From contig NC_043015.1 of NCBI RefSeq assembly GCF_006345805.1, positions 27,528,001 through 27,592,000 of the forward strand: a stretch of 64,000 nucleotides of DNA, written 5' to 3'. Numbering within the stretch: the stretch's first letter is position 1; the number at the start of each line of letters is the position of its first letter. Shown here one piece after another: positions 37,246 to 51,403 of this stretch. The translations under genes were made by a program, and so were the position numbers. The stretch comes from Octopus sinensis (Eukaryota). Below the pieces are notes generated by a model. It saw only the letters and a list, made by a program, of their open reading frames with translations. It had not been told where the DNA came from and ran no database searches.

Positions 37246-38477
37246 AACAGGTTATCACCACTGTGACTAAAGAGTCCTATCTACCCCAGTTTTAAATCAG
37301 AGTGTTCCTTCTCCTAGACAGACTGCCAGCCAAGACTCATGAGTTCTGTCTATCCATTTTGGAATAGCCACTGACACTTCTGTGTTCCTCTGCTCTTTGC
37401 CGAATTTTATTTTAATCCTGAGGATGTTGAAAATCCACCCTCCTCACCAAGCAAGCTTAGTGTAGTTGCTGGTTTAGTTGTCAATCGATGATTTAACAGT
37501 TTCACAATGCCACTTGTTAATCATTCTGGGTAATTATCTATGTGGGTAATTATTTACTTGTCCACTATTATAATTTCACTATTACTACTATAATTCCTAT
37601 CTTATAATATAATAATAATAATTGTGTACAGTGCTCGGGTGCACTACAACTCATCTAATCTTATTATTTACTTGTTCCCTACTATAGTTTCACAATTATT
37701 GCTATACTTATATTATTGCTATAAGGCTTAGGGCTTCTTATATTGTCTTCCCTCATTTTTTAGACAACAAATAATGGTAGATTTATGGCTGTTGATTTAG
37801 CTACTGCTGATACTGCAGTATTAAATAGAGAACCAGGCTTGTGTCTACTAATTCAGGCTGTTTGATTGGACTGCTACTTGACATGACTGGCGTTGGATTG
37901 GGGGAGAGCAGGAAGGGAATTTTGAGAGGAATGTCAACAAGTTGGAACTAGCATAGTTAAGATATAGAAATGTATAAACAACATCTCAAAGTTTTAAAAA
38001 GCTATAGTAGTCTATCTATAAACACCCCATCATATTTAAGATAAAAGAATTTTTCTATGGAAAATCATATGGTAGTTAAGATATAAACATCTCAAAGTTT
38101 TAGCAAACATAGAAAGTGATAGAAAAAGCTTACACGTTTTTAGGGAGATCTGTTAAATGGCCATCTTATCATGTGAATGATTACAGCAGCACTGAGAACC
38201 CATTGAAAGAGGAGGGGGAGAGAGAGAGGGGAAGGGAGACAAAGAGAAAGTGAGCAGATAAGCTCACCAAAATTCCAGCATGGGGGGAAAAGTTATGTAT
38301 AGAACACTAGATTTTGGGGAGGACCTACCATAGCTAAGAAATGGAAATTTTGGAAATTTTTAAGAGCAGCGTCGACAAGTCGGAACTAGCATAGCTAAGA
38401 TATAGAAATTTATAAACAACATCTCAAAGTTTTAAGAAGTTATAGTTATTATTATTATTATTACTATTATTATAAAA

Positions 38478-38690
38478 GTGGTGAGCTGGCAGAATTATTA
38501 GCATGCGGGGCAAAATGCTTACTAATGCTTACTTTTCATCTGTTTGTATGTTCTAAGTTGAAATCTGCCAAGGTTGACTTTGCCTTTCATCATTTCAGGG
38601 TTGATAAAATATCTGTTGAGTACTGGCATCAATTTAATCAACTTAGCTCCTCCACCAAAACCGCTGACCTTGTGCCAAAATATGACAGCA
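38478..38690 (+). mobile_element. tRNA-derived SINE
   Basis: GGTGAGCTGGCAGAA head, same family as 6966-7180. Confidence 0.7.
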
Positions 38691-38850
38691 TCAGCATCAT
38701 CATCATCATCATCATTATTAAATAATAATTTTGACTATCATAGTTCCATGGTTGATTAACTAACTACTTTACAAGTACTGGGATTGACTCAATTGTATTC
38801 TTTCTTTACGAATTTTGTTTGTGCATGTGCTTGTGTGTGTGTGTGTGTGT

Positions 38851-38890
<40 letters not shown>

Positions 38891-39559
38891 CGCGCGTGCG
38901 TGTGTGTGTGTGTGTGCATGTGTGCGTGCATGTGTTTTGTGAATAACAATATTTCAGATATGAAAGATTTTTCCAAAGATCTATACATGGATTCTAGGAT
39001 CCATGTGTAGATCCTAGGATTCTAAAAAACTTGAAGTTAATGAAGGAGCTTTATATGATTGTTTGACCTTCAAGAAACAACTACCAAATCTCCCTCAAAT
39101 CACCCCCTACTCTTTTCTAAAAAGGACAAAGTGAATACCTGTTTCTAATTTAGGCACAAAGTCAGTAACTTTGATTAGAGGGGTTAGTTTACTACACTGA
39201 CCCTAGTACTAGACTACTACTTTATTTTATCAACTTCAAAGGGATAAAAAGCAAAGGTGACTTCAGCAGAACTTGAACTCAGAATATAAAGAGCTGGAAC
39301 AACTACTGTACCAAATAAGTTCTTTCTGATGATTTACTGATTCTGCCGGAATACTGCTTTAAAATTATCCATGTTCCCAGGCTAATAATTGACCCTAGCT
39401 GCTTAGTTAAATTCCATAGTGTTAAATTCCATAGTCTTGCATATAGTCTATGTGAGCAAAAGATGGTATGATCACAGATAGGATACTTTTGTTTATAGTT
39501 CTATTAAATCAGAGCTGATCTTAGCCTAAACAACAACTAGAACCATCTCTGGTATACAT

Positions 39560-40420
39560 GTGAAATTAATCTGACTGGCAGGAGAAGGCATTGCATGGTA
39601 GATTTCCAAAGATAGTTGCAGCAAATAGTAGTAGTGAAACATGGTTATGTTTGCAGAAAGGAAAGCTGAAAAGGGAGACAGAAAGTTTGTTAGTAGCAGC
39701 ACAAGATCAAGCATTAAGGACTAATTGGATAAAAGCCAAGCTGGACAAAAAAAACTACATAGATTTCCAGTGTAGGTTATGCAAATTAAAAGAGGAAAGC
39801 ACTACTCATATAGTGAGTGAATGTAGCATGCTGGCACAGAAAGAATACAAGAAAAGACATGACAACCTAAGGAAAGTAATCTACTGGGAGTTATGTAAAA
39901 AAGCTAGGATTTGAACATACAAATAAATGCTATGAACATGAACCTAGTAAAGTAAGAACATGAACCTACTAGAAAGTAAGAAATACAAGATGTTGTGGGA
40001 TTTTAACATTCAAACTGACAGAAGACTTTATTTTATAGTAGCAGATAAAGAGAGCAGAAAGTGCCAGATAATTGATTTTACAGTCGTAAATGATGAAAAA
40101 ATCAATACGAGAGGTATGGGGAAAATAGCAAAGTACCAGGACCTAGCCATTGAATTACAGAGACTATGGAAAGTGTGGGTAAAATGTATCCCAGTAGTTA
40201 TAGGTGCATTGGGAACTATCCCTAAAGATCTCAACAGATGGATAGAGGAAATAGGCATAAAACCCAATCTAGTACAGTTCCAGCAAACTGTGTTATTAGG
40301 GACAGCTAAGATACTTAAGAGGGTTCTTGGCATCTAAGGTTACTTGTTGTAGCCTGATGTTAGGATTTTTTATTTCCCAACTGTCTAATCTGTTGTGTGT
40401 ATATGAAAACAATAATAATG
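39560..40420 (+). mobile_element. R4/Dong-clade non-LTR 3' fragment (CCHC knuckle plus restriction-like endonuclease)
   Basis: ETESLLVAAQDQAL..CRLCKLKEESTTHIVSEC..RHD; LWDFNIQTD..IIDF..KIAKYQDL..PVVIGALG..LLGTAKILKRVLGI*; TAA-rich tail. Confidence 0.9.
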
Positions 40421-40875
40421 ACATTGCATATTTGTACCCCAGTGTCACTTTGATGGCACATACTGCTCTCTCACTCAGTAATAATATCTGATCACAAGCA
40501 GAAGTAGTGGGGGGAGCATCATAGCCATGTGTTAAGAGGAATTCTTTGGAGTTTAAATAATTCACCTCTGGAGACATAGGTGTTTCATTCAACATCCTTA
40601 AACAACCCTTATTCAGGGACCTTTTGAGCAGGATGGGCTACTTGGCCTGAAGAAAATTCTAATGGGGCCCCACCTGTAAGGTCATGCACTGTTTATCTTG
40701 ATATGAGATCACCATGTCACACACATATGGATGCATGTGCTTGGTATACCCTTATCAGAGGTGTAGTCATGATGGGTATACTGGGCTTCATATATTTTAC
40801 CCCAGTGTTACTTTGATGGCATGCTGCTAAGCATTTTGTCCAGCATGCTAATGATTCTGCCAGCTCACTGCCTTA

Positions 40876-40899
40876 CTACTACTACTGCTGCTGCTGCTG

Positions 40900-40991
<92 letters not shown>

Positions 40992-40998
40992 GCTGCTG

Positions 40999-41077
<79 letters not shown>

Positions 41078-41078
41078 G
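40876..41078. repeat. Compound trinucleotide tract (ACT)n(GCT)n..(AAT)n
   Basis: Direct reading. Confidence 0.95.
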
Positions 41079-41094
41079 TAGCCAAAAACCTCCA

Positions 41095-41662
41095 CTGGCT
41101 ACTATGCTGTAAGTATGGATATGAGGTTATGGGTGCTTGGTAACAACATACACCAGAAAAGGTAATGGACTAAAAGGCGAAGGCAAAAATCCTCTGGGAC
41201 TTTGATTTCCAGACAGACAAAGTGTGAGAGCACTGAAGACCAGATATAGTAACCTTTAGGAAGTACAAACAAGAGTGCTTAATAATTGATGTAGCAGTGC
41301 CACATATCATCATGAAAGAAAGAGAAAAAGTTGATGAATATGGAGAATTGAGATAGATAAGATGTGGCAGCTAGGAGAGTCGAACATAAAGGTTATCCCT
41401 ATTGTCATCGGAGCATTGGGTTCAATACCACCCAATCTGAAAAAAAGAATCTGAAAACTTTAGAATTACCCTACAATCTAGGTGTATTGCAAAAGTCCTC
41501 ATTACTTGGAACTGCATGCATATTGTGTAAAGTACTGTCTATCTGAGGTCGTTGTTGTAACTTGACTAACAGTACAAACCCTCAGTAGATACAATCTCTT
41601 CAGTCAACAACCTCATGATATTGTATACTGTGCGACGTTTATAATGATAATAATAATAATAA
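41095..41662 (+). mobile_element. Second R4/Dong-like 3' fragment
   Basis: ILWDFDFQTD..RPDIV..IIDVAVP..IVIGALG..LLGTACILCKVLSI*; (TAA)n tail at 41641-41662. Confidence 0.85.
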
Positions 41663-41664
41663 AT

Positions 41665-42360
41665 GTTAAGGACCAACTATATGAATTGCAGAATAGATAA
41701 CACTGTCGGTAGTGACAAATACAGAATATGTAGTGAGAGGGGTGAAACAGTATGGCACATCATTAGCAAATGCCCAAATTGGCACAACATGAATACAAAA
41801 GATGCCATGACAATGTGGCAAGAATGATCCATTGGGATCTCTGTGGAAAGCAAAGACATGGTATGAGCAAACCCCAGAAGGAGTCACTGAAAATGTGAAT
41901 TGCAAAATTCTGTAGGATGCAATGATCCGTGCGGTCACCTGACCAGACATTAGAAACTGGGCCTTGTTGTAATGAATAAAAAAGAAAGAACATGTATGAT
42001 AATTGACATAGCATGCTCCAGTGACAACAGGATCAATGTGAAAGAAAAAGAAAAAATAAACAACTGTGATGATTTAAAGTGGGGAATACAAAGGTCATGG
42101 TAAATGAAGAGAGTAGACGTGATACCAATAGTAATTGGTGCACTTGGAAATATCAGCATTTAACTACCAACAATGCCTGGAAAAGATTGGTGCAAGGGTG
42201 AAGGTAGAACACCTACAAAAATCAGCATTGCTTGGAACTGCAAGAATTCTTTGCAGGGTTCTTGAAGCATGACCAGTAAACAAGAGTCACCTTGGTCTGC
42301 TGGTTGTGAACAGCTGACGCTTTCCATCATACCCAACAAAATAAACTGTGAGTTTTCATA

Positions 42361-42398
<38 letters not shown>
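41665..42398 (+). mobile_element. Third R4/Dong-like 3' fragment
   Basis: Decayed zinc knuckle (ETVWHII..HDNVA..IHWDLC), IIDIACS, IPIVIGALG, ALLGTARILCRVLEA*; (TAA)n tail at 42362-42398. Confidence 0.85.
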
Positions 42399-42400
<2 letters not shown>

Positions 42401-42487
42401 CCTTCTTCCCCAAAGAATCCATCTCAACACATGGCTATGATGCTCCCCCACTACTGCATCGGGGCATTTATTCTTCTTCTTCTTCTT

Positions 42488-42559
<72 letters not shown>

Positions 42560-43349
42560 TTAATGTTTCCCATTTAAAACATGGTTGCACTGCAAATTTT
42601 CTTTAGATTTGCATCCTGCTTCCTCCCATCAACTAAATATATTATGTCTTTAGTAGTAGTAATAGAGAAGACGTTTAAGAGCATTATAGTAGATCATCGC
42701 TAAATTAAGATGTGGTACTGGATATCAAATTACTATAAAATGTCAGTTGGTTGAACCACAAATTAGCATCACTAATATCTTAGCTGTGTAAATGATTCCA
42801 ACAATTTGACATCCTCCCCTTAAGGTCATATTTCTTGCAGACAGTAAAATAGCAACTCATATCAACTAAATGGTTGCTAAAATATGTCAATAATTTCACC
42901 TAATATCAGTTAGGTTTTACAATTTAAAAACATTTATAAGATAGTACAAAATGTCTCCATACTTACAGAATACTATGTTCAAGAGAAGAAAATGGATGGA
43001 ATACATATAACTGCTATTCTAAATATATATTGATTAACTGGACCACTTCTCAAAGAATGTAGGTTGGTAGTATACATACTATTGAATGTCTGGCAATATT
43101 TATATTACTCCACATTTTAGCTCTTGGAGATTTAGGCAAATACTTAATGAATTACTATTTAACAATATTAATTGAAGTTTTCTGAGATCTTATTTGCATT
43201 TCTAAAGTGCAACTTAGAGTTTTGTGTTCTATATGCTTAGATTCTTCCATTTGAAGAAAATCATCAATTAGTATATAATGTAACACATCTATTGGTTTTT
43301 CATTAAATATGCAACACACAAAAGGAGTAGGAATGAATATTTCAGTCAA

Positions 43350-43470
43350 CATTGCCAGATTAGACTGGAGCCTGGTGCAGCCTTCTGGCTTCCCAGAACC
43401 CTGGTCGAACCGTCCAACCCATGCTAGCATGGAGAACGGACGTTAAACGATGATGATGATGATGATGATA
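43350..43470 (+). mobile_element. RTE tail fragment
   Basis: CCCATGCTAGCATGGAGAACGGACGTTAAACG(ATG)n. Confidence 0.75.
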
Positions 43471-45689
43471 GCCATCCTAAAATTTTGTATATTAGGGACT
43501 ACATTGTCCTTCTATATTTAAGACAGAATAAATTTAGTTTGAGAGCTTTGTCTGCTATTTCTAGCCGATTGGGTGACCACATTCAAGCTCCCTCATTGAC
43601 TCAGTGAACTCTCATTGGCTTGTTGTTCTGTCACCAGAAGTATACATCAACATATGACCAGTGCTATTGACTTAAAAAGGTGGTCTTATAGGAGCTGTAA
43701 TTTTCATGCCTTTCCTAAAAGAAATGGTTAGAACTAGGAATCAAGCCTATATTGTAGAATCAATTTGTCAGAAGTCTACTATGGTGTGCACCATGTGTAA
43801 CACATAAAACAAGTTTAAAGAGGAAAATTCTGGCATCGGTTATTGATTTCTCACATTGGTTAGCAATAAAGTTACAAATTTGTATAGAGGGAGTGTAGTT
43901 GATTGAATTGATACAATTATATGATACAAACAAAGGAAAAGGAAAGCTTAAGTCAACCACAGCAGGACTTGAACTTTAAACAAAGTAATATAACAAAATA
44001 CTGAAAATAATCTAGTTTGTCACTTTATATTATTATCATTTCATTCTTCACCTAAAAATTAGGAAGCAAGCAATTTTAATTTTTAGTTAATTAACTTCAA
44101 CTATAGGAAGGCTGCTATAACTGGCTGAGTTGTAAAAGTACTAGCCTACTAATCAGAGTGTGCATTATGTGTTTATCATAAACAACGATGCTCAATGTCA
44201 ACTCCAAACACACCATACTTGCCCTATTTTACAAGGATAGTTTGTGGAAAAAATTAATTTGTATGTTTCATCATACACTTATTAAAATATATTTTAAAAT
44301 GTAGGATTGTGTGCAAGTAAATAGAATATTGTGGCAATATCTAGGAATAAGGTAAAAAACTGAATTTATCATAAAAAATACATTATAGGGGTAACCATAC
44401 TTCAATCTCATCTTTTTTTTTAGTCCAACCGATTACATAGTTGTTAATATTTTGGTCAAGAGAGTAGCCATACAGGAAGTAAAACACGTATACGCTGAGG
44501 AAAGTAGTATAACAAGATGATGTGACCTCTCCTCATAACTGCTCATGTACTGTAAGTAACTTTGCTTACAGTACATGACTTGTTTTCAATATTCTACTAT
44601 TCCTAACAATTATCATTCCAATCAGATTTATATTCCTCTAGTTCCCTACTCAACAACAGTTGGCTTCCCATTTGCAATACAGCTGCAGTAGACAAAGAGA
44701 AATCATTTGATACATTTCAAAATACAAAAAGCACATCTTATATGCTGGCAAATATGATAAGTCCTACATCTGCAGTTTATTTTCCAGTAAATACCATTAG
44801 AAGATATACTCACTATTTCTGGAACTGTATAACTGATGAGATAAAAAGGATGAAAGTTTAAAAAATGTGTCCCACGCACAATTAACAAGAATATTTCTCA
44901 CACACTTTATCACAACAAACCAAACTATATCACTATATCTCTTCTCTTCCTCACATTTCCATGCCATGCACTAGGCTTACCTTCCACTCCCCAATCCTGT
45001 ACTTATTGGCCCTGTCTCACTGTATCATTGTTATCCACTAGCTTCCAAACTGTGTCCCACCCATGCCCTGTCTCACTGTATCATTGTGTATGCCCAGCAC
45101 TTTGCCACTATCTCTGTTCTGCTGTCTTCCTCTCTCTCCTTCTTCTGCCCTTCCCTCAGGTTGGGTAACCATGTATTTCCTTTGTGGCAGCACACCTGTT
45201 TCTGTCTTCATTCTTGATCTCTCTCTCTCTCTCTCCCTCAGGCCAGGTAACCTTGTACCTCCTCTACAGCAAGACACCTGTTTCTATCTCTCTGCTTCAC
45301 TATAACCTTTCATTATCCAACACAGGATCACTTCCCCAATGGCCCCTCCTTGATCAAAAGAGCTTTCTTTTGTCTTGCAAGTACTTGGTGACCCTGTCAC
45401 TACACTGTTAAGTGGTTGGCATTTGGAAGGGCGTCCAGCTGTAAAAGCTTTGCCAAAACTGACCTTGCCTGTGCTTATGCCACATAAAAAGCACTAAGTC
45501 CACTCTGCTGAGTGGTTGCTGTTAGGAAGGGCATCCAGCTGTTAAACTCCTGCTAAAACAGTTACATGCCAGCATGGAAGGCAGACATTAAACGATAATG
45601 ATGATGATGATGATGATGAAGTATATATATATATATATATATGTGTGTGTATGTATGTATGTATGTATGTATGTATGTATGCATGTATG

Positions 45690-47700
45690 AATGTCAGGTT
45701 ACACGTCTGTCAAGTCACTTATGAGGCTCTCAGAAGTGCTACTGGTAACATGGAATCCAGTACAGCCTGTTGCATGTTCAGGTTGTTGTTGACTAAACTA
45801 ACACCTCCACTATACTACTCTGGTGTGGAGGGTTGCTAGAAACCCAGCAGGATTAAAAACAAGACCTGTTGAAAGGTTGGATGAATGTAGTGCAGGCTCC
45901 ACGGCTATCTAGCAATAGCATGGGTATGCAGAATTTCTGGGATGGTGTTCCGGCATGCTAGAAGACCACTGGGAGTGAGGCATTCCTCTGCTTCTGTTGA
46001 AGCATGTCTCTAGGAGAAGGTCACTCTAATATAAAACCAGATATGCAGGGAATGGCATTGGACATTTTTGGGATCTTTGGCTTGTGCAAGAGATCGTGGC
46101 ACTCCCACATCCCTGAGCCTGCAACTCATATTGGCACCAGACTTTTCACTCTGACTTGTCTGTGGATAATGTGAATTGAGTGGAGAAGGTCTATGAGGTG
46201 TCATGCAAGCCTTATTGGACCTAAAACTCTGCACGGGCATTGCTGACCTCTGCTTTTTTTCCCTATATATATTTATTTTATTTTCAGTATGTATCTTTAC
46301 TTTTAGTATACATTTATTTATTTTTAATATATATTTATCTATGACATCTATGATATTTGTAATGACAAGTCCTTTCATGGATCGGAATGCTGAACAGACC
46401 ACAGTCTGGTGTGAGTAAAGTTCCAGATGATGATTAGAGTGAAAGAGAGAAGAGGGCCATTTGGCATTCTTCAGTGTTTGAAGTCCACAAGATATATGAT
46501 GCTGTGTTGAGGAAAGAGCTTCAGACTCACTTGACCAGCATTGAAAATACTACAGTATAAGAAAATTTTCAAGACCAGGTTCTTCAATGTGCTGCTGAAA
46601 TACTAGGATATTCTACTGTCAGACATAGAGATTGGTTTGATGAAAATGATGCTGAAGTTCAGTGATTATTAGTTGTAAAGTGCCATGCCCACAATGTATT
46701 GCTGCACAGAGGACTTTCAGCTGTGGTACAAAATCTAACACTTGCCCACTATAGCAGTGTTTATTCACTACTGCAGTGATCTCTCAGGAAGATGCAGAAC
46801 ACTTGGTGGGAGGATCTTGCATGTGATGTTCAGGCTGCTGCTGATGCAAATGACATCAAGAAGCTTTACCATCTTATGAAGCAAGTTTATGGGCCTAAGA
46901 GCTCCACATCAGTTCTTTTGTTTTCCAATGAGTCTTCTACTCCATTTACTAAATCAACAGAAATCATAGGTCACTGGATTGAACACTTCTCCAAACTCCT
47001 AAACTGTGAGTTAGTTGTGGATGAAACAGTGATTGATGCTATGCAACAAAGACCTATCATTGGCTCCTTAAATTCAATGCCCTCAATAGATGAGGTAATG
47101 ACAGCAATAAGTAAACTGAATCTTGGTAGGGCACCTGAAAGGGATGGAATTTGTGCTGGGGTCTTGCAATTTGATAGTGATTACATCATACAGTCATTCT
47201 GAATGTTGGCTCAGACACATTCTTAATGTTGGCTGGACCTTAAAAACTCCAGACACACAGGTCCTGAGGAAAGCTAATATCCTGAGTATTGAGGCAATGG
47301 TTACGTTGGACTGGACACATTAAGATGAAGGATAGCAGGATCCCTAAACAGAAGCTATATGGGGAATTTGTGAATTAGTGGAAAGAGACCCTGGCAGAAA
47401 CCAAGGCTGTGATTTAAGAACTGTGTCAAGTCCTCATTAAAGGCCTGTGATATGCCAGAGACTGACTGGGAGAGCAATATGTTATTGTCACAGATGGAGG
47501 AAGCAGGTTAAGGGGGAGGTCGACACCTTTGAGAGAGTACATATTCTGCATGAAGAATTTAAGTATGCTGTATGAAAGTGCACTGCTAATGTAGTGAATG
47601 GGGAAAGTTTGGTTTGCAATGTTTGCAGTCATGTATGTTTGTCAAGAGCAAGGCTCATTAGTCACCAATGGGAGCTGCAAATGCAAAATATGAGTTAGTC
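45690..47700 (+). mobile_element. Decayed, internally deleted RTE LINE retaining 5' UTR
   Basis: 5' UTR motif TCTAGGAGAAGG at about 46010; TDHSLV (APE end), RHRDWFDENDAE, KKLYHLMKQVYGP, WIEHFSKLLN, RAPERDGI. Confidence 0.75.
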
Positions 47701-48639
47701 CTAAAGTGCACAATGTTCTTAAATGTCAGCAATGGTCTTCCTCGGTAATGAGTGGATGGCCATCATGTACGTAGGCAGATTATACTTTTATTGGAGTCAC
47801 TCATTGGACTGAAGTAACTCCTTCAAAGTTTATCAATGATATCAACTCCAGCACATTTCAGGCTATTACTTATCCCTAGTTGTTATAGAAACTAAAGGGC
47901 ATAAGTACAACATTAGTTATATACAGTGTGAAATAAATATTGACGTGGGGGCACACACATACACCCTACCATAAATATATATATATCTAGTATATGCAAC
48001 TGAAGCAGTATTAAATAAAAATAGCCATCTATGCATCATGCTTCTGATTTATGTTGTATTCTGTGGTGTTTTCTTTTGACAACTATACATGCATGGCCAG
48101 GGTTGTAGCTTTCATCTCTCTGTCCAAAGAATTTAACCAAAACATGAACAAATCATTCTTAAGTGCACACTCAAGTACTAAAGTGAACTTTTAGCACCAG
48201 CCTACAAGCTCCACCTCCAAAAAAGGCTACACATATAGTACAACTGCACATATTCCAACCTTACAGGAATACTAACCCCTAAAGCATACACACATTTCCA
48301 GAAAACACTTGAAGACTTTTAACAGCCTGAGGATGTTTTTGGTGCCAAGAAACATAATTCTTAACTTGACTATTATTCAGTTGATTTTGTTGTCTTTTTC
48401 ACAGCAACCATAAACCGGATGTCTTTTCACCTCCAACTATAGTGAGGGTTCAATATATTTACTTCCATAACAGCTAACTCTGAAGAGTGCAGAGTTACAA
48501 AATCAAGCTGTTATCTAATATCCTTCTGAACCCCTTGTGAAAATTGGTAAGATCAGCTGCAATGGATATATAATACTGCACATTTCAACTTATCATCATC
48601 ATTAGCATCAGCACCAGCATTATCACTATCCTCATTATC

Positions 48640-49400
48640 ATTATTTAACATCTGTTGTCCATGTTGGTATGTAAAAGCACCCACTACACTCTCAGAGTGG
48701 TTGGCATTAGGAAGGGCATCCACCCGTAGAAACTTTGCCAGATCAGATTGAGCCTGGTGCAGCCTCTAGATCACCAGTCCTCAGTCAAACTGTCCAAACC
48801 ATGCCAGCATGGAAAGCAGATGCTAAAGAACAACGATAATGATGATCATGATATATATATATATATATATATCTCATTGCCAGAGCAGCTAACTGGCTTC
48901 TGTACCAATGGCACATAAAAAGCACCATTCGAACATGATCGTTACCAACGTCACCTTACTGGCACTTGTGCCGGTGGCATGTGAAAAAACATTCAAGTGA
49001 GGTTGTTGCCAGTGCCACTGGACTGGTTCCTGTGCAGGTGGCACGTAAAAAACACCATTTGAGCATGGCCGTTGCCAGTACCACCTGACTGTCCATGTGA
49101 AAAAACATTTGAGCGAAGTTGTTGCCAGTGCCGCTGGACTGGCTCCTGTGCAGGTGGCACATAAAAAACACCATTTGAACGTGGCCATTGCCAGTACCAC
49201 CTGACTGGCCCTCATGCCGTTGGCACGTAAAAGCACCCACTACACTCTCAGAGTGTTTGGCATAAGGAATGGCATCCAGCTGTAGAAACTCTGCCAGATC
49301 AGATTGGAGCCTGGTGCAGCCATCTAGTTTGCCAGTCAAATTGTCCAATCCATGCTAGTAAAGAAAGTGGACGTTTAACAATGATGATGATGATGATATA
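48640..49400 (+). mobile_element. Two adjacent RTE 3' UTR/tail fragments with diverged 3' UTR repeats
   Basis: AAAAGCACCCACTACACTCTCAGAGTG at about 48673 and 49230; repeated CCATTTGAGCATGGCCGTTGCCAGTACCACCTGACTG. Confidence 0.75.
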
Positions 49401-49647
49401 TATCACTGCCAGTAACAGTTTTCTCTGTTGTTGTATGTGCCGAAATAAAGAATATAGAATATATGTGAACCATCCAACCCATATAAGCATGGAGAAAACA
49501 TCATCATCATCATTACTATCATCACCACAACCATCATCATCACTACTATTGTTATCACGCATTCATGCGTATGCATGTATTTAGAGAGTATGCATGTATT
49601 TAGAAAGTATGCATGTATTTAGAGAGAGAGAGAAAGAGACAGTTATG

Positions 49648-49678
<31 letters not shown>

Positions 49679-50207
49679 TCGTACATGCATATGTTTTGTG
49701 TCAGTGTGTATGTCTGATGGGATATCTTGATTCCTATGTATAAAAACTTGATTCCTATGCATAAACACCTCATGTGTGTGAGGTGAAGTGTTTAGTGTCT
49801 GTTATGTGCCATGGTATATTGGTATCTTTAAATCAATCAGCATTATAGACTGATTCTGTCATAGCATTTGACATACACCCAATTCAGAAAATCAGAGCTA
49901 ATATGCATACATGTTATTTGTAAACACTTTCGCAGTTGAAAAACACAAATTTTTAATGAGTTATAGGGAAATCTCTGAACCAAGCTGATGTCACTCATTA
50001 TAAGACCAATTACCTATCCAACATTTCAATTTTATATTCCTACTTTACATTCACTGAGCTTAGACAGTATCCACTCAGATGCATGTAACTGTCAAACTCT
50101 TAAATTTTAAATGTCCTGTTAAATTGATATGGTGACTGTGTGTCACTTTGAAAATTATATATTCGAACAGGAATTTGGCAGCACCAAATTGGCAGCCAAG
50201 CAGTTAT

Positions 50208-50252
50208 TCTATGCTGATGAAAAGAAATAACCCAGAAACTGTGGTACACAGA
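50208..50252 (+). ncRNA. Type I hammerhead motif related to family D
   Basis: TCTATG-CTGATGA(50214-50220)..CCCA-GAAAC-TGTG-GTA-CACAGA; intact core, decayed helix II. Confidence 0.5.
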
Positions 50253-50759
50253 TATTGCTTCGTGCTGAGTGGGAACACCAAACTCCCTCATTCAAAAATA
50301 TAAGGATACAGATAATGTGTCATATAGCCAGCTGGAGACAATGTTTCCTGGGGCTAAATAACAGTAACATTCGTCCTAACTGGGACAGCCACATTATGTT
50401 GTCAAATAATCTTTACTTTAGAGTATTTTTATTGAATGTCTCTTGTTGAGAGATTTAGAAGTAATAATTTTTCTTTTTATATACATATAGTTATATCTAA
50501 AATTAAAGTTTAAATAAGAGACTTTAAAGTGTCGTATCCAAACCTTGTTTCGGGTATGTCCCTAGTAGTATGCTTGCAGAGAACGTTCACTACTTACAGC
50601 TATTAGGTGTCAACCACGTTAATGCACTTTCATTGCAGGTTCAACGTAAGGAATTCCTCAAGTGTTCATTTAGTATATTGATATGGAAGACAGAGTGATT
50701 GATATGGAAGACAGAGTGTACTGGAAGCTTTATTAAGCACAATGACCATTTCAGTTTAC

Positions 50760-51403
50760 TCTGCACTGCTCCCTAGTGGGCGGGGAATGATATAATGGAA
50801 TCAAATACATCTCACAGTGCAGAAAACCTTCCTCAGGTTCCATAATAGGCTTCAGTGATGACCCCTCACTTCTTTCCACAAGATCTTTGGGTAAACTCTG
50901 CTGCCTACATAGATGTTCTGAATACAGTGGTTAAGCCATGGATCAATAATGTACGCAATGGAAGACCTTATGTGTTTCAACAAGACTTGACACCATCACA
51001 CAAGGCTACAGCAATGCAGGAAAGAATGGCAGAAAATATTCATGACCCCCAACATTTGGTCTCCTAGCTCCTCAGATCTGAATCCATTGGACTACTATGC
51101 ATGGAGCATAGTTGAGAAAGAGGTTAATGAGCACCCTCATAACACCAAAGAATCCCTAAAAGCCTCCATAGTCAGAGTAGAGTCCAATATGAACACAGAC
51201 CACTTGATCCTAGCATTTAGGTGATTCAGACTTTGCATAGAAGCTGTTGTTGAAGCTGAAGGATATTTTATTGAATAAAATGATGAAACAATATGTTTAT
51301 TCTTATCCTCAAAACCTTTTTTAGTAAAAAGGCATTATTGTCTGTTTCTAAGAGTCATTTTTGTGTAAGTATATAACTGTCCTCAAATACCTTAAGTACC
51401 CTG
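50760..51403 (+). mobile_element. Tc1/maT-like DNA transposon 3' half
   Basis: YVFQQDLTPSH..WSPSSSDLNPLDYYAWSIVE..HNTKESLK; right end ..TTAAGTACCCTG|TA. Confidence 0.85.

Noticed and set aside
40821-41095. Poly-Thr/Ala/Asn and poly-Leu/Val/Ala ORFs
   Set aside because: Read-through of the trinucleotide tract; no splice or homology support
44833-44860. CTGATGA..GAAAG, and similar partial hits near 12436, 17157, 44505, 48325 and 48480
   Set aside because: No helix I/II/III pairing or no NUH triplet
48474-48546. Exon-like segment with good AG and GTAAG sites
   Set aside because: Stops in all three frames; shows that splice-like signals arise by chance here
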